Assembly (NCBI RefSeq): GCF_963921235.1
Contig: NC_086097.1
Coordinates: 238,516,001 to 238,580,000, forward strand
From: Mobula hypostoma
Taxonomy: Eukaryota
Direction: 5' to 3'
Length of the DNA: 64,000 nt
Shown here piece by piece: positions 22,785 to 36,590 of the stretch (positions within the stretch are counted from its first letter, which is position 1; each line of letters opens with the position of its first letter). Both the position numbers and the translations under genes were made by a program. Under the pieces are notes generated by a model. The model saw only the letters and a program-made list of their open reading frames with translations. It was not told the DNA's origin and ran no database searches.

Positions 22785-23457
22785 GAGGCAGGGGGAGAAG
22801 ATGGCGGTGCGACGCATTGCGCGTGGCCTCTCCGATGAAATGATATCGTATTTGTTAAATAGGGGCCGTGCACAATTCTGATTTGATGGAGACAGACATG
22901 AGAAGCACAGAGGAGTATCTGGAGAAACTTCTGAAATGCCTGGTTCGCTGCCACTGCTACTGTGCGATCGAAAATTTTTGTAGGGAAGGCCCCAAATCCT
23001 TGGCTTTTCCTGTTGCTGGTGGCCGGGGCTGGGGTCGAAGCGCTCGGCGGAGATGGTGCTCGGTGCTCAGTGTCGGAGGCTCGAAGTTTTTCGACGACTC
23101 AGAGTCAGACTGTGGTCGGGTGCTTCCAGGATGCTGCATCGGCAAGTTTGCAGTGCTGGTAGCTCATGGCAGGAAGAGAGTTTTCTTCCTTCTCCCATCT
23201 GCTTGAGATGATGGGACTTTCGAGAGACTTTGAACTTTTTTTGACCGTGCCCATGGCCTGTTCTTCATCAAGTTATGGTATTGTTGCACTGTTGTAACTA
23301 TATGTTATAATTATGTGGTTTTTGTCAGTTTTTCAGTCTTGGTCTGTCTTGTGTTTCTGTGATATCACACTGGAGGAACATTGTATCATTTCTTAATGCA
23401 TGCATTACTAAATGATAATAAAAGAGGACTGCGTGTCCTCATAATCTAATCTAATCT
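22785..23457 (+). mobile_element. Young non-coding LINE-mobilised element (SINE-like, no tRNA head)
   Basis: AAGATGGCGG at 22798; CpG-rich body; AATAAA, then hairpin GAGGAC-tgcgt-GTCCTC (23424-23440), then (TAATC)n tail; possible TSD TGAA. Confidence 0.65.
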
Positions 23458-25239
23458 GAACCAATGTCAATTTTGGTTGCACGTCCCGCCACACAGTCAA
23501 GCTAACTCCTAATACATGTAAATATATAAGTCCAATAAAGTTGAATGTTGATCCTTGCAAGGTCACATTTATCATTTCTGCATTTAAGAACTCCACAGGT
23601 GACTCTCCAGATATAGAGTCATTGAAAAGTACAGCACAGTTGCAGGCCCTTTGGGCTATCTAGTCCATGCCAAAACCATATAAACTGCCTACTCCCATTG
23701 ACCTACACTGGGACCATAGCCTTCCATATCTTTACCAACTTAACTTCTCTTAAACATTGAAATCAAGCTCATATGCACCACTTGTGCTGGCACCTCATTC
23801 CACACTCTCACAACCCTTTGAATGAAGAAGTTTCCCTTTCATCCTTAACCTATGACCTCTAGTTGTAGTTGTATGAATTAGAAAGATCTAATTCATATCC
23901 AAAATTATTGCTTTATTAGGCAGGATGTAAGAACTTTTTAAACTGTTTGTTAACTCATCAGCATTTCACATAGAATGCTAACATTTTCCAGTACGCCAGA
24001 GGAAGAATGTTGAGTCATTATCTGGTCAGTCAGAAGACAAAAATTGAGTCAATGAGAAGAAATCACACAGGAAAAAAGATTGGTGCAAGCATTTTGGCTT
24101 CATTCCATTCTGGCCACATAGGATGCACAAAGGCAAGGAGGATATACTTCATTCAACCCACACCACCTCCAGAGTCTTGTATTTCAGAAACCATGGCATT
24201 TTGTAATCTATAAAATCCTCTACTAATGACCAAGACTTCAGCTGGCTTGTTCTTCGAGTAAGAACTCCCTCCCTATGTCCAGTTCCATCTCCTATTCCGA
24301 TAAATCTCTTAAACCCAACTCTATCACCAAACTTTAAAGCACCTACCCTCATACCTCTGCTTTCCACTCAATTTTTTTTTCACCTTTGGGAAGCAGTGCT
24401 TTTATCAAATCTCCTTCATAGTCATATATCCCAATGCACTTTATATGGTGTAAAGTCTTTTTAAATTGATGTAAAAGATGGACTTTAGCAAGCTCAATAG
24501 CCAATCAGAGTCCAACAAATGGATTGCTACAATGAACAGAAAATCTATTTCACAATAGATTGGTTATGGAAATGTTATGGTAGACATCAGAAATTACTTT
24601 ATGTAATTTTGAAAAACTCACATGGAAGCTTTGGTTTAAATCCTCAGCCAAAAATATCAACCTGGATTTCATGTTAGTTTCTTACATTTTACTTTAACCA
24701 TAACTCTATATGTTTTATTTTGTAGCTTCAAAACATTAAGCTAATTCAAAGGAAACCAAACAAGCCGAGAGATAAGAATCTTAAGTTTGTTCTCATCTTT
24801 AAGCAAAGCATGCATGTGTCACACAGTAGCATCATGACATATGCATTTATACATATAACATGAAATTAATTATTTAAATGAAGGATGCTTAATCAATAAT
24901 ATATTTACAAGATTTCTGAAATATTAAATACACAACAAAATTGAAGTTATTGTTGTTATATTGACAGTATCCAAGGAAAACTACACAGATATGTTACTTT
25001 GTATGTATATTCAAAATATTAGTTCATAAATCCTTTATAATTTTTGCTGCAATAAACACCCGTTCTTTTGAGAAAAATAGGATGAAATGTTTTAAGAAGT
25101 TCAAAACCGGTAGACCATAATTGTCAGTGGCAACAAGAGTAACAAATGTTTAATATATCAGCCAAGACTTTCTTTTGCCTTGATTCAACTGAATTGTGGC
25201 ATTTAACTGAATTGCTGAATTTTATAGGAGCATCACTGA

Positions 25240-25660
25240 CAGGACTCAGCAGGGAGCAGTGCGGACAGCCCAGCGCATCTGTGATGTGAACATCCCACTA
25301 TTCAGGACATTGCCAGTGACAGCTGTGTAAAAAAAAGGCCTGAAAGATCATTGGGGACCAGAGCCACCCTAACCACAAACTCTTCCAGCTGCTACCATCC
25401 TGGAAACGGTACCACAGCATAAAAGCCAGGACCAACAGGCACCAGGACAGCTCTTCCACCAGGCTATCAGACTGATTAATTCATGCTGATTCAACAGTAT
25501 CTCTATGCTATATTGACTGTTCTGTTGTACATCTTACTGTACATACTATTAATTACAAATTACTATAATTTGCACATTGCACATTCAGATGGAGAAGTAA
25601 CAAAGATTTTCACTCCTCATATATGTGAAGGATGTAAGAAACAATAAGGTCAATTCAAAG
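25240..25660 (+). mobile_element. Rex1/Babar 3' end
   Basis: IIGDQSHPNHKLFQLLPS..RYHSIKARTNR; same family as 63068-63572. Confidence 0.8.
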
Positions 25661-25669
25661 TCATTTCAA

Positions 25670-27500
25670 TACTTTCTACCATCAGGCTGGAAACTCTGAT
25701 GCATAAAAACAAGAATGTTCAGGATGGGAGACAGTTTCTTCCATCGGACCATTAGGCTTCTGAACTCGTTGCTGCATCACATTCGAAGTGTCACTGGTTA
25801 ATTTGTTCTGTACCTTACAACATTTAATTTTATGACCTTTAGTTTGTTTACTTATACGTACTTCATCTGTAGATTTTATCCTTAGGTTCATAAGTTATTG
25901 TGTATTATATGTGTATCATGTGCACCACTGTGCTTTATACCCTGGTTCAGAGAAACATCTCATTTGATGGTACATATGTATATAGTTAAATGACAATAAA
26001 CTGAACTTGACTTAAGTTTGTTGAAAGTTGTGAAACTTTTATTTTCTGCAATAAAACAGTGTCTCTTAAATGGTGGAAGATGTAAAATGAATCAAAACTC
26101 CAGGCATGTGTTTCTAAAGATTAGTTTTACTCACTGTCACTATATCATTGTTTCCCTTCAATATAAGTGATCAAATGTGGGCTTAGTTTATCACCTGCTC
26201 AAGTTCAACTGCACTTTTAGTGAATACTATATCTTACGCTGTCATAAAGCCTATAGTCAGATATATTTTCAATCTGTCAGCATTTCTGGGTCTGTGCCAG
26301 CTTTCTCATTGTCATAAGTCAGCTTATGACTTGCTCCCAGGTTTGTCTTCGAGTCACACAGCACAGAAAAGGATGTGTGTGCAGTACTGAAAGGGGTCCT
26401 TTAGCTCACCAGGCAAACTATGACCTGAGTGCTGTGACTAAACACACTTCAACAAAACAGAACTTTCATCACTTCAGTCAAAATTTCATACATCTCACAA
26501 AAAAACTACTTTGCACTCTGAGCATTGTACATATCTGCATTTGCTTATAGGATACTGGACGTGTACTGAGTCAAGTCAATAGAACACAATATGAAATACT
26601 GCATTGAAGTGTAGTACACAATGGGCCTAATCCCGCTAAATTATGGCAGAGAGTTGTAAATTTAGTCAGTTCCATCATGGGCACTAGCCTTCGTAGTATC
26701 CAGGACATCTTGGTGCCTCAAAAAGGCAACGTCCATCATTAAGGACCCCCATCACATAGCACATAGGATATGCCCTTTTCCCATTTCTACCATTAGGAAG
26801 GAGGTACAAAAGTGAAAAGGGTTACACTGAATGATTCAGGAACAACTTCTTCCTCTCTGCCATCCAATTTCTGAATGAGCTTTGAATCTATGAACATTAC
26901 CTCACTACTTTTTAAAATTTGTATTTTTGCGCTATTTATTTAACTCAGCTAATTTATATATAGTTACTGTAATTCACAGTTTTTTTCTTTATTGTTATGT
27001 ATTACATTGTACGGCTGCCATAACGACAACAAATTTCACATCATATGCCAGTGATATTAAACCTGGTTTTGATTCTGCGTATGATCAGTCTATTGTACAT
27101 ACAACCTAAAGACAAATTCGGAGTCATCTATAGCTGTTGTTGTTATTATTACTATTATTATTCTTGCCTGTCCTAATGGAGCTTACCATTCGGCCTAGTG
27201 GTGGAACAGTTAGTTTCTGTTTCCATGAGGCCTGGCTGATGGACCTCTGGCTTCATCTTCCTGAAGTCAATAATCAGCTCTTTAGTTTTGCTGACGTTCA
27301 GTGAGAGGTTGTTTTTCTGGCACCAGTCAACCAGATTTTCAATCTTTCTCCTCTGCATTAGTTCATCACCATCTTTGATTCAGTGATGTCATCAGAAAAC
27401 TTAAATATAGCATTAGAACTGTACTCAACCACACAATCTAAGTATAAAGCGAGATGAGTGCGGGATAAGCACACAGCCTTATAGTGCACCTGTGATTGAA
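25670..27500. mobile_element. Cluster of further Rex1/Babar fragments (25670-26015 +, 26630-27080 +, 27210-27500 -)
   Basis: LPSG/LPLGRRY motifs and tails; LVDWCQKNNLSLNVSKTKELIIDFRK. Confidence 0.65.
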
Positions 27501-28244
27501 TATACTTAAGGTATCTACCAATTTTAAAATAGAATTTATCATTATTATGTTTGCAAAAATAGCACAGCATCGTTGTTGCAAATCTGACTGCCACATTCTT
27601 CAAATGAATCACTTAAATACTGTGAACATCTGCGGCAGGGAAGACTGGAGGGAAAATTGCAAATCACACTTACAATGCCATGACAATTATCTTAAAATCA
27701 TGAGAAAAGTGTGATTATCACCACAATGATCAAGTTACATAAGCTTGGAAAAATATTAAAATTGCAAATATAATGGATAATTTTTGTTAGAAAGATGAAT
27801 TAGTTGTTAGGCAATATCTTGTCGTCTTAATTGCTTTTTGGCAGCTGATTGTAATTGATTTTTGATACTGGTAAATTTACTTTGCTTCTCAAGGCATATG
27901 CAAGGGAAAAGCCTAATTACAATGCAGAGGAAAAATGTTTGTTCTGCTTGGGAGTTTTAAACATGCAATATAGTCAAATTTGTACATTTGCATATCTGAC
28001 GTAGAGTGCAAGTGCAGACACTGCAAAAAGCATTCTTGATTCAAGAGCCAAATTCTGCTTGACAACTTGGATGAACTTATTGGAAGGTAAACATTGTGGG
28101 AGAGATTTCTTCGATATTTTCATAACTTCCTTGCTCTTTTGAACAGTTACACTGCGTGAAGTTTCATGGGTTTTGGTGAGCATTCATCCAATTGAATATG
28201 GAAAACCCATATGCAAATTGTAAGTCATAGAGTCACAGAGTCAC

Positions 28245-28860
28245 AAGACCATAAGATATAGGGGCAGGATTAGGCCACTTGGCACATCCACTCTGCTCAC
28301 ATTTCATCATGGCTGATTCATTTGCCCTCTCAGCCCCAACCTCCTGCCTTCTCCCCGTATCCCTTCATACCCTGACTAATCAAGAATCTTTCAACCTCTG
28401 CCTTAAATTTACCCAATAACTTGGCCTCCACAGCCAGCTGTAGCAGCAAATTCCACAATTTCACCACTTTCTGGCTCAAGAAATTCCTCCTCATTTCCAT
28501 TCGAGAAGGACGCCATTCTATTCTGAGTCTGTGACCTCTGGCCCTAGACTCGCCTACTATAGGAAACATGAAAAGTGTAGCACAGAAGCAGGCCATTTGG
28601 CCCATCTAGTCTGTGCCAAACTATTTAAACTGCCTCGTGCCATTGACCTGCACTCGGACCATTGTCCTCCATAGCCCTCCCATCCTTTTACCCATCCAAA
28701 CATCTCTTCAACATTGAAATTGAAATCAGAGCCACCACCTGTACTCGCATCTCGTTCCACACTCTCACCACTCTCTGAGTGAAGAAGTTTCCCCTCATGT
28801 TCCCCTTAAATATTTCACCTTTCACCCTTAACCCATGATCTCCAGTTGACTCACCCTATC
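28245..28860 (-). mobile_element. Two adjacent CR1 3' fragments
   Basis: VGESRARGHRLRIE...RRNFLSQKVVKLWN. Confidence 0.8.
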
Positions 28861-29635
28861 CTTGGGCTTTGTCATCTGTCAGAGACAGCAAGACTTTTGA
28901 ATATTTCTGAATTTCCCTGACATTCAGAAACATTTAAAAACAATGAAAGACAAATCACTTGCTAACACTGAAAGCATTAAAGTGAATTCAAACAATATTA
29001 AAATATGTAAACTATTTTGTATTTAATTAATTCTACAGAACATGTTTCTGTTATAGAAGTCAGAATCAAAGAATATAGAATATTACAGCACTGTACAGGC
29101 CCTCCAGCCCTTAATGTTGTGCCGATTTTTCGACCTACTCTAAGATCTATCTACCCCTCCCCTCCTACATAACCGCTCACATTCTATCATCTATGTACCT
29201 ATCTAAGTGTTTCTTAAATGCTGCTAATTTATCTGCCTCTACCATCTCCCCTGGCAGTACCATTCTCTGTGTTAAGAGACATCCTCCCAAAACTTCCCTG
29301 CAATCACCTTAAAATTATGTTTCCTTGTATTAGTCATTTCCATCTTCGGAGAAAGTCTCTGGTTGTCCACTTTGTCTATGCCTTTCAAAGAAATGCTGAT
29401 GAAATTGATGTCTTACAAATGAAAACAAACGATACATTTACTACTGTTTTGCTAAAAATGTATTGTTGCAATGTTTACAATATTATCTGCTTCACCAACC
29501 AAGTGGAAGCTTTTAAATGTTATTCTTATAAGTGTAAAATCTACAATGATGATTGTGTATGAAGTGATACAACCTCTGCAGATTTTTATTTTTTATTACG
29601 GAACTATTTAATGTGATTCTCCAATATGATCACAA

Positions 29636-29990
29636 TGTGTGCTGGCAATTTCAGAACCTGAGTGTGGAGAAAAGACAGATGCCAAAGTATAGATGGCGAG
29701 CAAAATTTATTCATAATAATTCCAAAAGAACATCAGAGACTCGGTTGAGCGACACCGTGAGAAGTAACAGTCTCAAATCTAGGACCCTGCGGTTAGGCAT
29801 CTGCTTAAATAGTCTAATTAAAACAGAGCAAGCTGACACAGAAGGCACCAGGAGACCACATTACAAAGAACAAGTTGCAGGAGAGAAACACAAGGGACTC
29901 TAAAAGATTAACGACTGTCACTAAACAACAATTAACCAATTCAGGTGCTCATAATACCTTGGTGCCTCTAACGCTCTCTGGCGCCACACA
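29636..29990 (-). mobile_element. Candidate solo LTR
   Basis: TGTGTG...CACACA termini; TATTTAA and AATAAA in promoter/polyA order on the minus strand; no TSD seen. Confidence 0.35.
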
Positions 29991-30149
29991 TAGGCCTGAA
30001 GAACTCAATACACTCTTTACCTGCTGCTGCTAAGTCAACAAATTTCACGACACATGCCGGTGATAATAAACCTGATTCTGATTCTGACCTCACCTCCTCT
30101 TCCATCAAACATATCTAATCATTATGTTGTTTGCAAACTTAATAGAATT

Positions 30150-30431
30150 CGTCGTTAGGTCGCACTTGGAATTTCCAGTTGGCGGACGATTTCCCTCCAC
30201 GCCGCTCTGTCCCGCCACTTGTCCACAACATCCCTAGTCTTGTCCAGCTTGATGTTATCCAGCCACATTGTTCTTTGCCTTCCCCTTCCTTTCTTTCCCT
30301 CCACCTTTCCATATAGCAAGTCCAGCAAGACATTACCTCTCAGTGTAACGTGTCCACAATAAGCAACTTTTAACTTCATAATCTTCTCCAGCAATATCCG
30401 TGGTCTATCAACTTTGGACAAATCCTCTCAT
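30150..30431 (-). mobile_element. RTE LINE 3' fragment
   Basis: KLKVAYCGHV...GKVEGKKGRGRQRTMWLDNIK...DRAAWR; TSD TTAATAGAATT (30139-30149, 30432-30442). Confidence 0.85.
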
Positions 30432-30729
30432 TTAATAGAATTAAATTGTTAAAATAGTTAAAATTTACTGTAAGTTATGTCAATGTAAAATAAAAAACAT
30501 GACCTTTCAAAGCAAAAATATGAATTTATTGCATTGCAAAATAATCTTGTTATTTTTTAAAAAATCATAAGCTGAAGTATCAGATGACAGCCAAGAGCTT
30601 TAGTTGATCAGTAAGTTTGGTGCCTTTACTTCAGCTGTACCCTGAGTATTCACATCTATATAACTGCTGTTTTTTTTGCATCATTTGGTTATCCCTTAAC
30701 ACCTCAACTCTCTCTAACTTGAATAAATA

Positions 30730-31258
30730 CAGTACTGAGCAAAAGTCTCAGGCACCTGATCTATATATACGTGCCTAAGACTTTTGCACAGTACTGTCGT
30801 AATTTTATGTAATTAACCATTCTGCTGCTGAAAAACAAAAACAAATTTCAGGACACACATGAGAGATGATAAACCTGATTCCGAGATGGGTCTCTATAGT
30901 GGACTGAGTGTGGGAAGGTGGCAGGGAGAAGGGAATCGTGGTTGCGTGAAGGGGACGGAAGGGAGGAGGGAGTGGCGAGCACCAGAGAGACATTGTAATG
31001 ATCAAAAACCAATTGTTAGGAATCAAATGACCTTGCCTGGCATCTCAGGGCTGGGTGTGTCAGCACCCGGACCATCCCCAGCCTTGGCACTCCTTCTCTG
31101 CCACCTGTCCCATGCACCTGTCCCAAATATCCTTTGTTCCCGCCAGATTTAGAAACTCGCTCTCCTCTCCACATTGACAAATACAGAACTGTGCAAATGT
31201 CTTAGGCGTACTAGCTATAGGTATATATATGTGTGTCCAAGTCATTTGCACAGTACTA
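30730..31258 (+). mobile_element. Composite Tc1/mariner-type non-autonomous element, copy C
   Basis: TA-CAGTACTGAGCAAAAGTCTCAGGCAC...GTGCCTAAGACTTTTGCACAGTACTG hairpin, interior, second hairpin. Confidence 0.75.
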
Positions 31259-31714
31259 CATATAATTGTAGGTATGGTTAAAAACTTCCCAAATGTAACT
31301 TCCTGAAAAGGCAATTGGTATAAAAGGAAAATTAATTTCCCCCTGGGATCAATAAAGGTATGACTATGACTAAATACATTATCCCATGTTCAACATTGAT
31401 AATGCTGTCAAATAATAGGAGGTACAGTATATTTAGCCTTCAAATTAAATTTGTATCTAAACTTACTTTGGAAGAGTATCTTCATGAGGACATTAAAGGC
31501 TTCTACCATTATTTATTTATTCGTAGGGTATCAGTAGGAGTTATTATCTACTCCAGCCTGCACTTCGGAAGATGATATTGAGCTTCCCTCTTCAAAATTT
31601 CCTGTCAATGCTGTTGTGTAACAAATTGTAGGATTTTAACCTAGTGACATGAAGAAATGATAAAGTATTTCTAAGTTTATTTTTGTATCCACTTGAAGGG
31701 CACCTGGAAGTGGT

Positions 31715-34700
31715 GATGTCACTGAATAGTGGGAAGTTCACATCCACAGATTTGCTGGGCTGTCCGCACTGCTCTCGGCAGAGCCCTGCGATTGAGGGAA
31801 GTACAGTTCCCATACCAGACAGTGATGCAGCCAGTCAGGATGCTCTCAACTGTGCCCCTGTAGAAAGGTCTTAGAACTTGGGGACTCATACCAAACTTCT
31901 TCAACTGTCTGAGGTGAAAAAGGCATTGTTGTGCTTTTTTCACCACACAGCTGGTATGTACAGATCAAGTGAGGTCCTCGGTGATGTGCATACCAAGGAA
32001 CTTGAAGCTGTTTATGCTCTCAATCCCAGATCCATTGATGCCAATAGGGGTGAGCCTGTCTCTGTCCCCCCTGTAATCCACAGCGAGCTCCTTTGTTGTT
32101 GCGACGTTCAGGGAGAGGTTGTTTTCTTGACACCACCGTGTCAGGGTGATGACTTCTTCCCTGTAGGCTGTCCCATTATTATTTGAGATAAGGTCAATCA
32201 ATGTAGTATCATCTGCAAATTTAATTAGCAGATTGGAACTTGGGTGGCAACACAGTCATGGGTGTACAGAGAGAACTTAGGACACAGCCTGGGGGCTCCT
32301 GTGTTGAGGGTCAGAGGGGTGGAGGTGAGGGAGCCCACTTTTACCACCTGCTGGCCATCTGACAGGAAGTCCAGGATCCAGTTGCACAAGGCAGGATGAA
32401 GGTCAAGGTCTCTGGGCTTCTTGTCAAGGCTGGAGGGAATTATGGTGTTGAATGCTGAACCATAGTACAAGAACAGCATTCTCACATAAGCATCCCTCCT
32501 CTCCAGGTGCGTAAGGACAGAGCTGTGGCTATTGCATCAGCTATCGATTGGTTGTGTCAATAGACAATAGACAATTGGTGTAGGAGTAGGTCATTCGGCC
32601 CTTTGAGCCAGCACCGCCATTCACTGTGATCATGACTGATCATCCACAGTCAGTATCCAGTTCCTGCCTTATCCCCATAACCTTTGATTCTGCTATCTTT
32701 AAGAGCTCTATCCATCTCTTTCTTGAAAACATCCAGACACTTGGCCTCCACTGCCTTCTGGGGCAGAACATTCCACATTCCACCACTCTCTGGGTGAAAA
32801 AGTTTTTCCTCAACTTCAGTCTAAATGGCCTACCCCTTATTCTTAAACTGTGGCCTCTGGTTCTGGGCTCACCTATCAGCGGGAACATGCTTCCTGCCTC
32901 CAGTGTGTCCAATTCCTTAATAATCTTATATGTTTCAATCAGATCCCCTCTCAGCCTTCTAAATTCCAGTGTATACGAGCCTAGTCACTCTAATCTTTCC
33001 ACATATGACAGTCCTGCCATTCCAGGAATTAACCTTGTGAACCAACACTGCACTCTCTCAATAGCAAAAATGTCCTTCCTCAAATTTGGAGACCAAAACT
33101 GCACACAATACTCCAGGTGGGGTCTCACCAGGGCCCTGTACAGCTGCAGAAGGATCTCTTTGCTCCTATACTCAATTCCCCTTGTTATGAAGACCAGCAT
33201 GCCATTAGCTTTCTTCACTGCCTGCTGTACCTGCATGCTTGCTTTCAGTGACTGATGTACAAGAACACCTAGATCTCGTTGTGCTTCCCCTTTTCCTAAC
33301 TTGACTCCATTTAGATAATAATCTGCCTTCCCGTTCTTACACCAAAGTGGATAACCTCACATTTATCCACATTAAACTGCATCTGCCCACTCACCCAGCC
33401 TATCCAAGTCACCCGGCATTCTCATAACATCCTCCTCACATTTCACACTGCCACCCAGCTTTGTGTCGGTAGGTGAATTATAAGGAGTCCAGAGTGGGTG
33501 GTAGTATGCTTCAGATATTGTCTTTGAACAGCCTATCAAAGCAGTTGCTTATTATTGAGGTGAGTACAACAGGACGCCAGTCGTTCAGATATGTTACCTG
33601 AGTCGTTTTAGGTTCAGGAACAATGGTGGATATTTTGAAGCAAAAGGACACTCTACACTGGGAGAGGGAGAGATAAAAAAATGTCTGCAAACACACTTGC
33701 CAGTTGTGCCACGCACATTTTGAGTACCCAGCCTGGGATGCTGTCCGGTCCCACAGCCTTGTGGCTGTCTACTTGTTGGAGACACCTGAGTATCTCAGCC
33801 TCAGAGATGACCAAGGTGCAGGTCGCTTCAGCAGCTCTACTCGGGGGCTCAGTGTTGGCAATATTGAACTGAGCGTGAAAAAAAAGATTTAGCTCATCTG
33901 GGAGAGAGGCAGCGATATTAGCTTTGAAGTCTGCGATGTGCAGACCTTGACATAAGCTGCGTGTGTTGTTGGTGGAGAGCTTGCTGGATCTTGTCCCTGT
34001 ATTGTTGTTTTGATGACATTCCATAGATCATAGCTGCATTTCTTGGGTTCCTGGTGGTTACCGGCGGTGAAAGCTGTCTTGCGTTGTGAGTGCAGTGCGC
34101 ACTGAACTGTTGACCCAGGGTTTTGTTTTGGATAGACCCTGACCGATTTGTGGGGGACAACATCCCTGATGCACTTCAGGATGAAATCTGGCACCCCATC
34201 CGTGAACTCGGAGACATCCTCATTATGAAAGCCATTCCAGTTGCCGTCATCAAAGCAGTCCTGTAGCATGGAGACCAATTGGTCGGACCAACAGTGGACA
34301 GTTTTAACTATGGCTGCCTCTTGTTTCAGTTTCTGCCTGTTCATTGGCAGCAACGAGATGGAAAAATAGTCAGACTTTCCAAACAGTGGATGGAGGAGCG
34401 GTTTGTCAGCTTTGTGGAAGGGAGAGTAGCAGTGGTCAACTTTGCTTCCTCCCCGAGTGCTCGCCTGGACAAAACTTCGGAGAGACTTCAGTCAGCGATG
34501 CTCTATTAAAGTCTCTGGCGATGATGAAGGCAGCCTCTGGGTGTAGAGTCTCCAGGGTGCTGATGGTCTCGTACGGTTCCTTGAGAGCCAGGTCAGTATC
34601 AGCCTGCAGTGGAATATACACAGCTGTGATACTAACAGCCATGAACTCCCGAGGCAGCCAGAAAGGTCTGCACAGCAGCACAAGGTACACCAGATCTGGG

Positions 34701-35242
34701 GAACAAAAGGATTTGAGGGCATACACATTCCCGGCTCACACTATACTTTATTGACCATGAAGCATACCCCACTTCCTTTACTCTTCCCAGAGAGGTGTTT
34801 AGACCTGACTGCCAGGGAAGAACCCAAGGGCCTTGATGGTGTGATCCAGTATCTCCTCTATCCATCAGGCCTCCACGAAGCACAAGACATTACATTCCTT
34901 TGTTTTCGGCTGATAGGAGATTCTGGCTTGTTGTCCAGGGACTGAACGTTAGTCAGGAGTATGCCAGGGAGAGGCAGCCGATTATCACGCCGTCCCAACC
35001 TCACCAGGATGCCTATTGCCTGTTCTTCCTTGCCTCTGGCACTGTTTCTGTAAGCAGGGGTTCCCAGTGTAGAAAAGATGGCAAGTTATAGGTAAATGTT
35101 GTCTTCCCAATGTTCAGAAGAGTCTTTCAATCATATCTGTTGTGACTTTCAGTTTCTTGAACAAAAAATGCAAAGGAAATTGCAGAAATTAGCAGTATAC
35201 TGTAAACTTGGTATGGAGCTTGCAACACGTTGCCATCCTGGG
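31715..35242 (-). mobile_element. Near-full-length degenerate Rex1/Babar LINE (APE endonuclease + RT), interrupted by CR1
   Basis: 5' (a)GGATGGC start; CRPFWLPREF...AVYIP, GDFN-like, KAVGPDSIPG, LNDWRPVVLT, SAFNTIIP, WCQENNLSLNV, KKAQQCLFHLRQLKKF. Confidence 0.85.
32558..33467 (-). mobile_element. CR1 LINE 3' portion nested in Rex element
   Basis: LVRPHLEYCVQFWSPNLRKD; (CAATAGA)n tail; TTGTGTC repeated at both junctions. Confidence 0.9.
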
Positions 35243-35714
35243 CAACATTTCCAGAAAGAATTTCAATTGATTTTTCAGGCTAATTTTCTACTTCAGGAAA
35301 GCATGCTGAGTTTGGCCTGTTTAATCGTGCACCTCCAAGTACCCCAAAACCTCATCATTAATAATGGACTCCCAACATCTTTCCAAACAGCAGTTCAATG
35401 GTTGTATCAGTTGGCACAACAGTTTTAAAAGCTATACGCAAAAGCAAAAGGACACATTAAATAGAAAAGGTGAATAATCAGGGAAGAGGAAGGAAGTTAG
35501 AGAATGTTGCTATCCGTCCACAAGACCATTAGCCACAGGAGCAGAATTAAGCGATTCAGTCCATTGAGTCTGCTCTGTATTTGATGATGGCTGATTTATT
35601 ATTCCTCCCAATCCCATTCTCCTGTCTTCTTTCTGTAATCTTTGATTCCCTTATAAATCAACAGACTTATCAACCTTCGGCCCATCTAATCCATATTGAA
35701 TGATTTAAACGTCT

Positions 35715-36590
35715 GCCATCATATTTGACCTTCCAAAATGAACCACCTCACACTTATCTGGGTTGAACTCCATCTGCCACTTCTTAGCCCAGTTTTGCAT
35801 CCTATCAATGTCCTTCTGTAACCTCTGACAGCCCTCCACACTATCCACAACACCCCAACATTTGTGTCATCAGCAAATTCACTAACCCATCCCTCCACTT
35901 CCTCATCCAGGTCATTTATAAAAATCACGAAGTGTAGGGGTGTCAGAGCAGATCCCTGAGGCTCACCACTGGTCACCGACCTCCATGCAGAATATGACCC
36001 ATCTGCAACCACTCTTTGCCTTCTGTGGACAAGCCAGTTCTGGATCCATAAAGCAATGTCCCCTTGGATCCCATGCCTCTTTACTTTCTCAATAAGCTTT
36101 GCATGGCATACCTTGTCAAATGCCTTGCTGAAATCTATATGTACTACATCTACTAGTCTTCCTTTATCAATGTGTTTAGTCACATCCTCAAAAAATTCAA
36201 TCAGGCTCATAAGGCATGACTTGCCTTTCACAAAGCAGTGCTGACTATTCCTAATCATATTATGCCTCTCCAAATGTTCGTAAATCCTGCCTCTCAGGAT
36301 CTTCTCCATCTACTTACAACACTGGTCTATAATTTCCTGGGCTATCTCTACTCCCTTTCTTGAATAATGGAACAACATCCGCAACCCTCCAAACCTCCGG
36401 AACCTCTCCTGTCCCCATTGATGATGCAAAGATCATTGCCAGAGGCTCAGCAATCTCCTCCATCGCCTCCCACAGTAGCCTGGGGTACATCTCGTCCAGT
36501 CCCGGTGACTTATCCATCTTGATTCTTTCCAAAAGCTCCAGCATGTCTTCCTTCTTAATATCTATATGCTCAAGCTTTTCAATCCGCTGA
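35715..36590 (-). mobile_element. CR1 RT fragment
   Basis: ORFs 36314-36544 and 35719-36309: KSPGLDE, NYRPV, DFSKAFD, FADDT. Confidence 0.9.

Larger units (their letters stand above)
21940..23555 (+). mobile_element. Rex1/Babar 3' end hosting two nested insertions
   Basis: ILVDIAHPAICLFQKIPSGKCYRAIKTKT; 3' UTR resumes after 22658 and after 23457 and ends aataaagttgaatgttgatccttg. Confidence 0.75.

Noticed and set aside
24711..24937. Solo LTR (TGTT...AACA)
   Set aside because: Termini are suggestive, but there is no TSD and the sequence is too degenerate to support a call.
32626..33255. Long plus-strand ORFs such as 209 aa here and 38328-38789
   Set aside because: Antisense shadow frames of CR1 ORF2.
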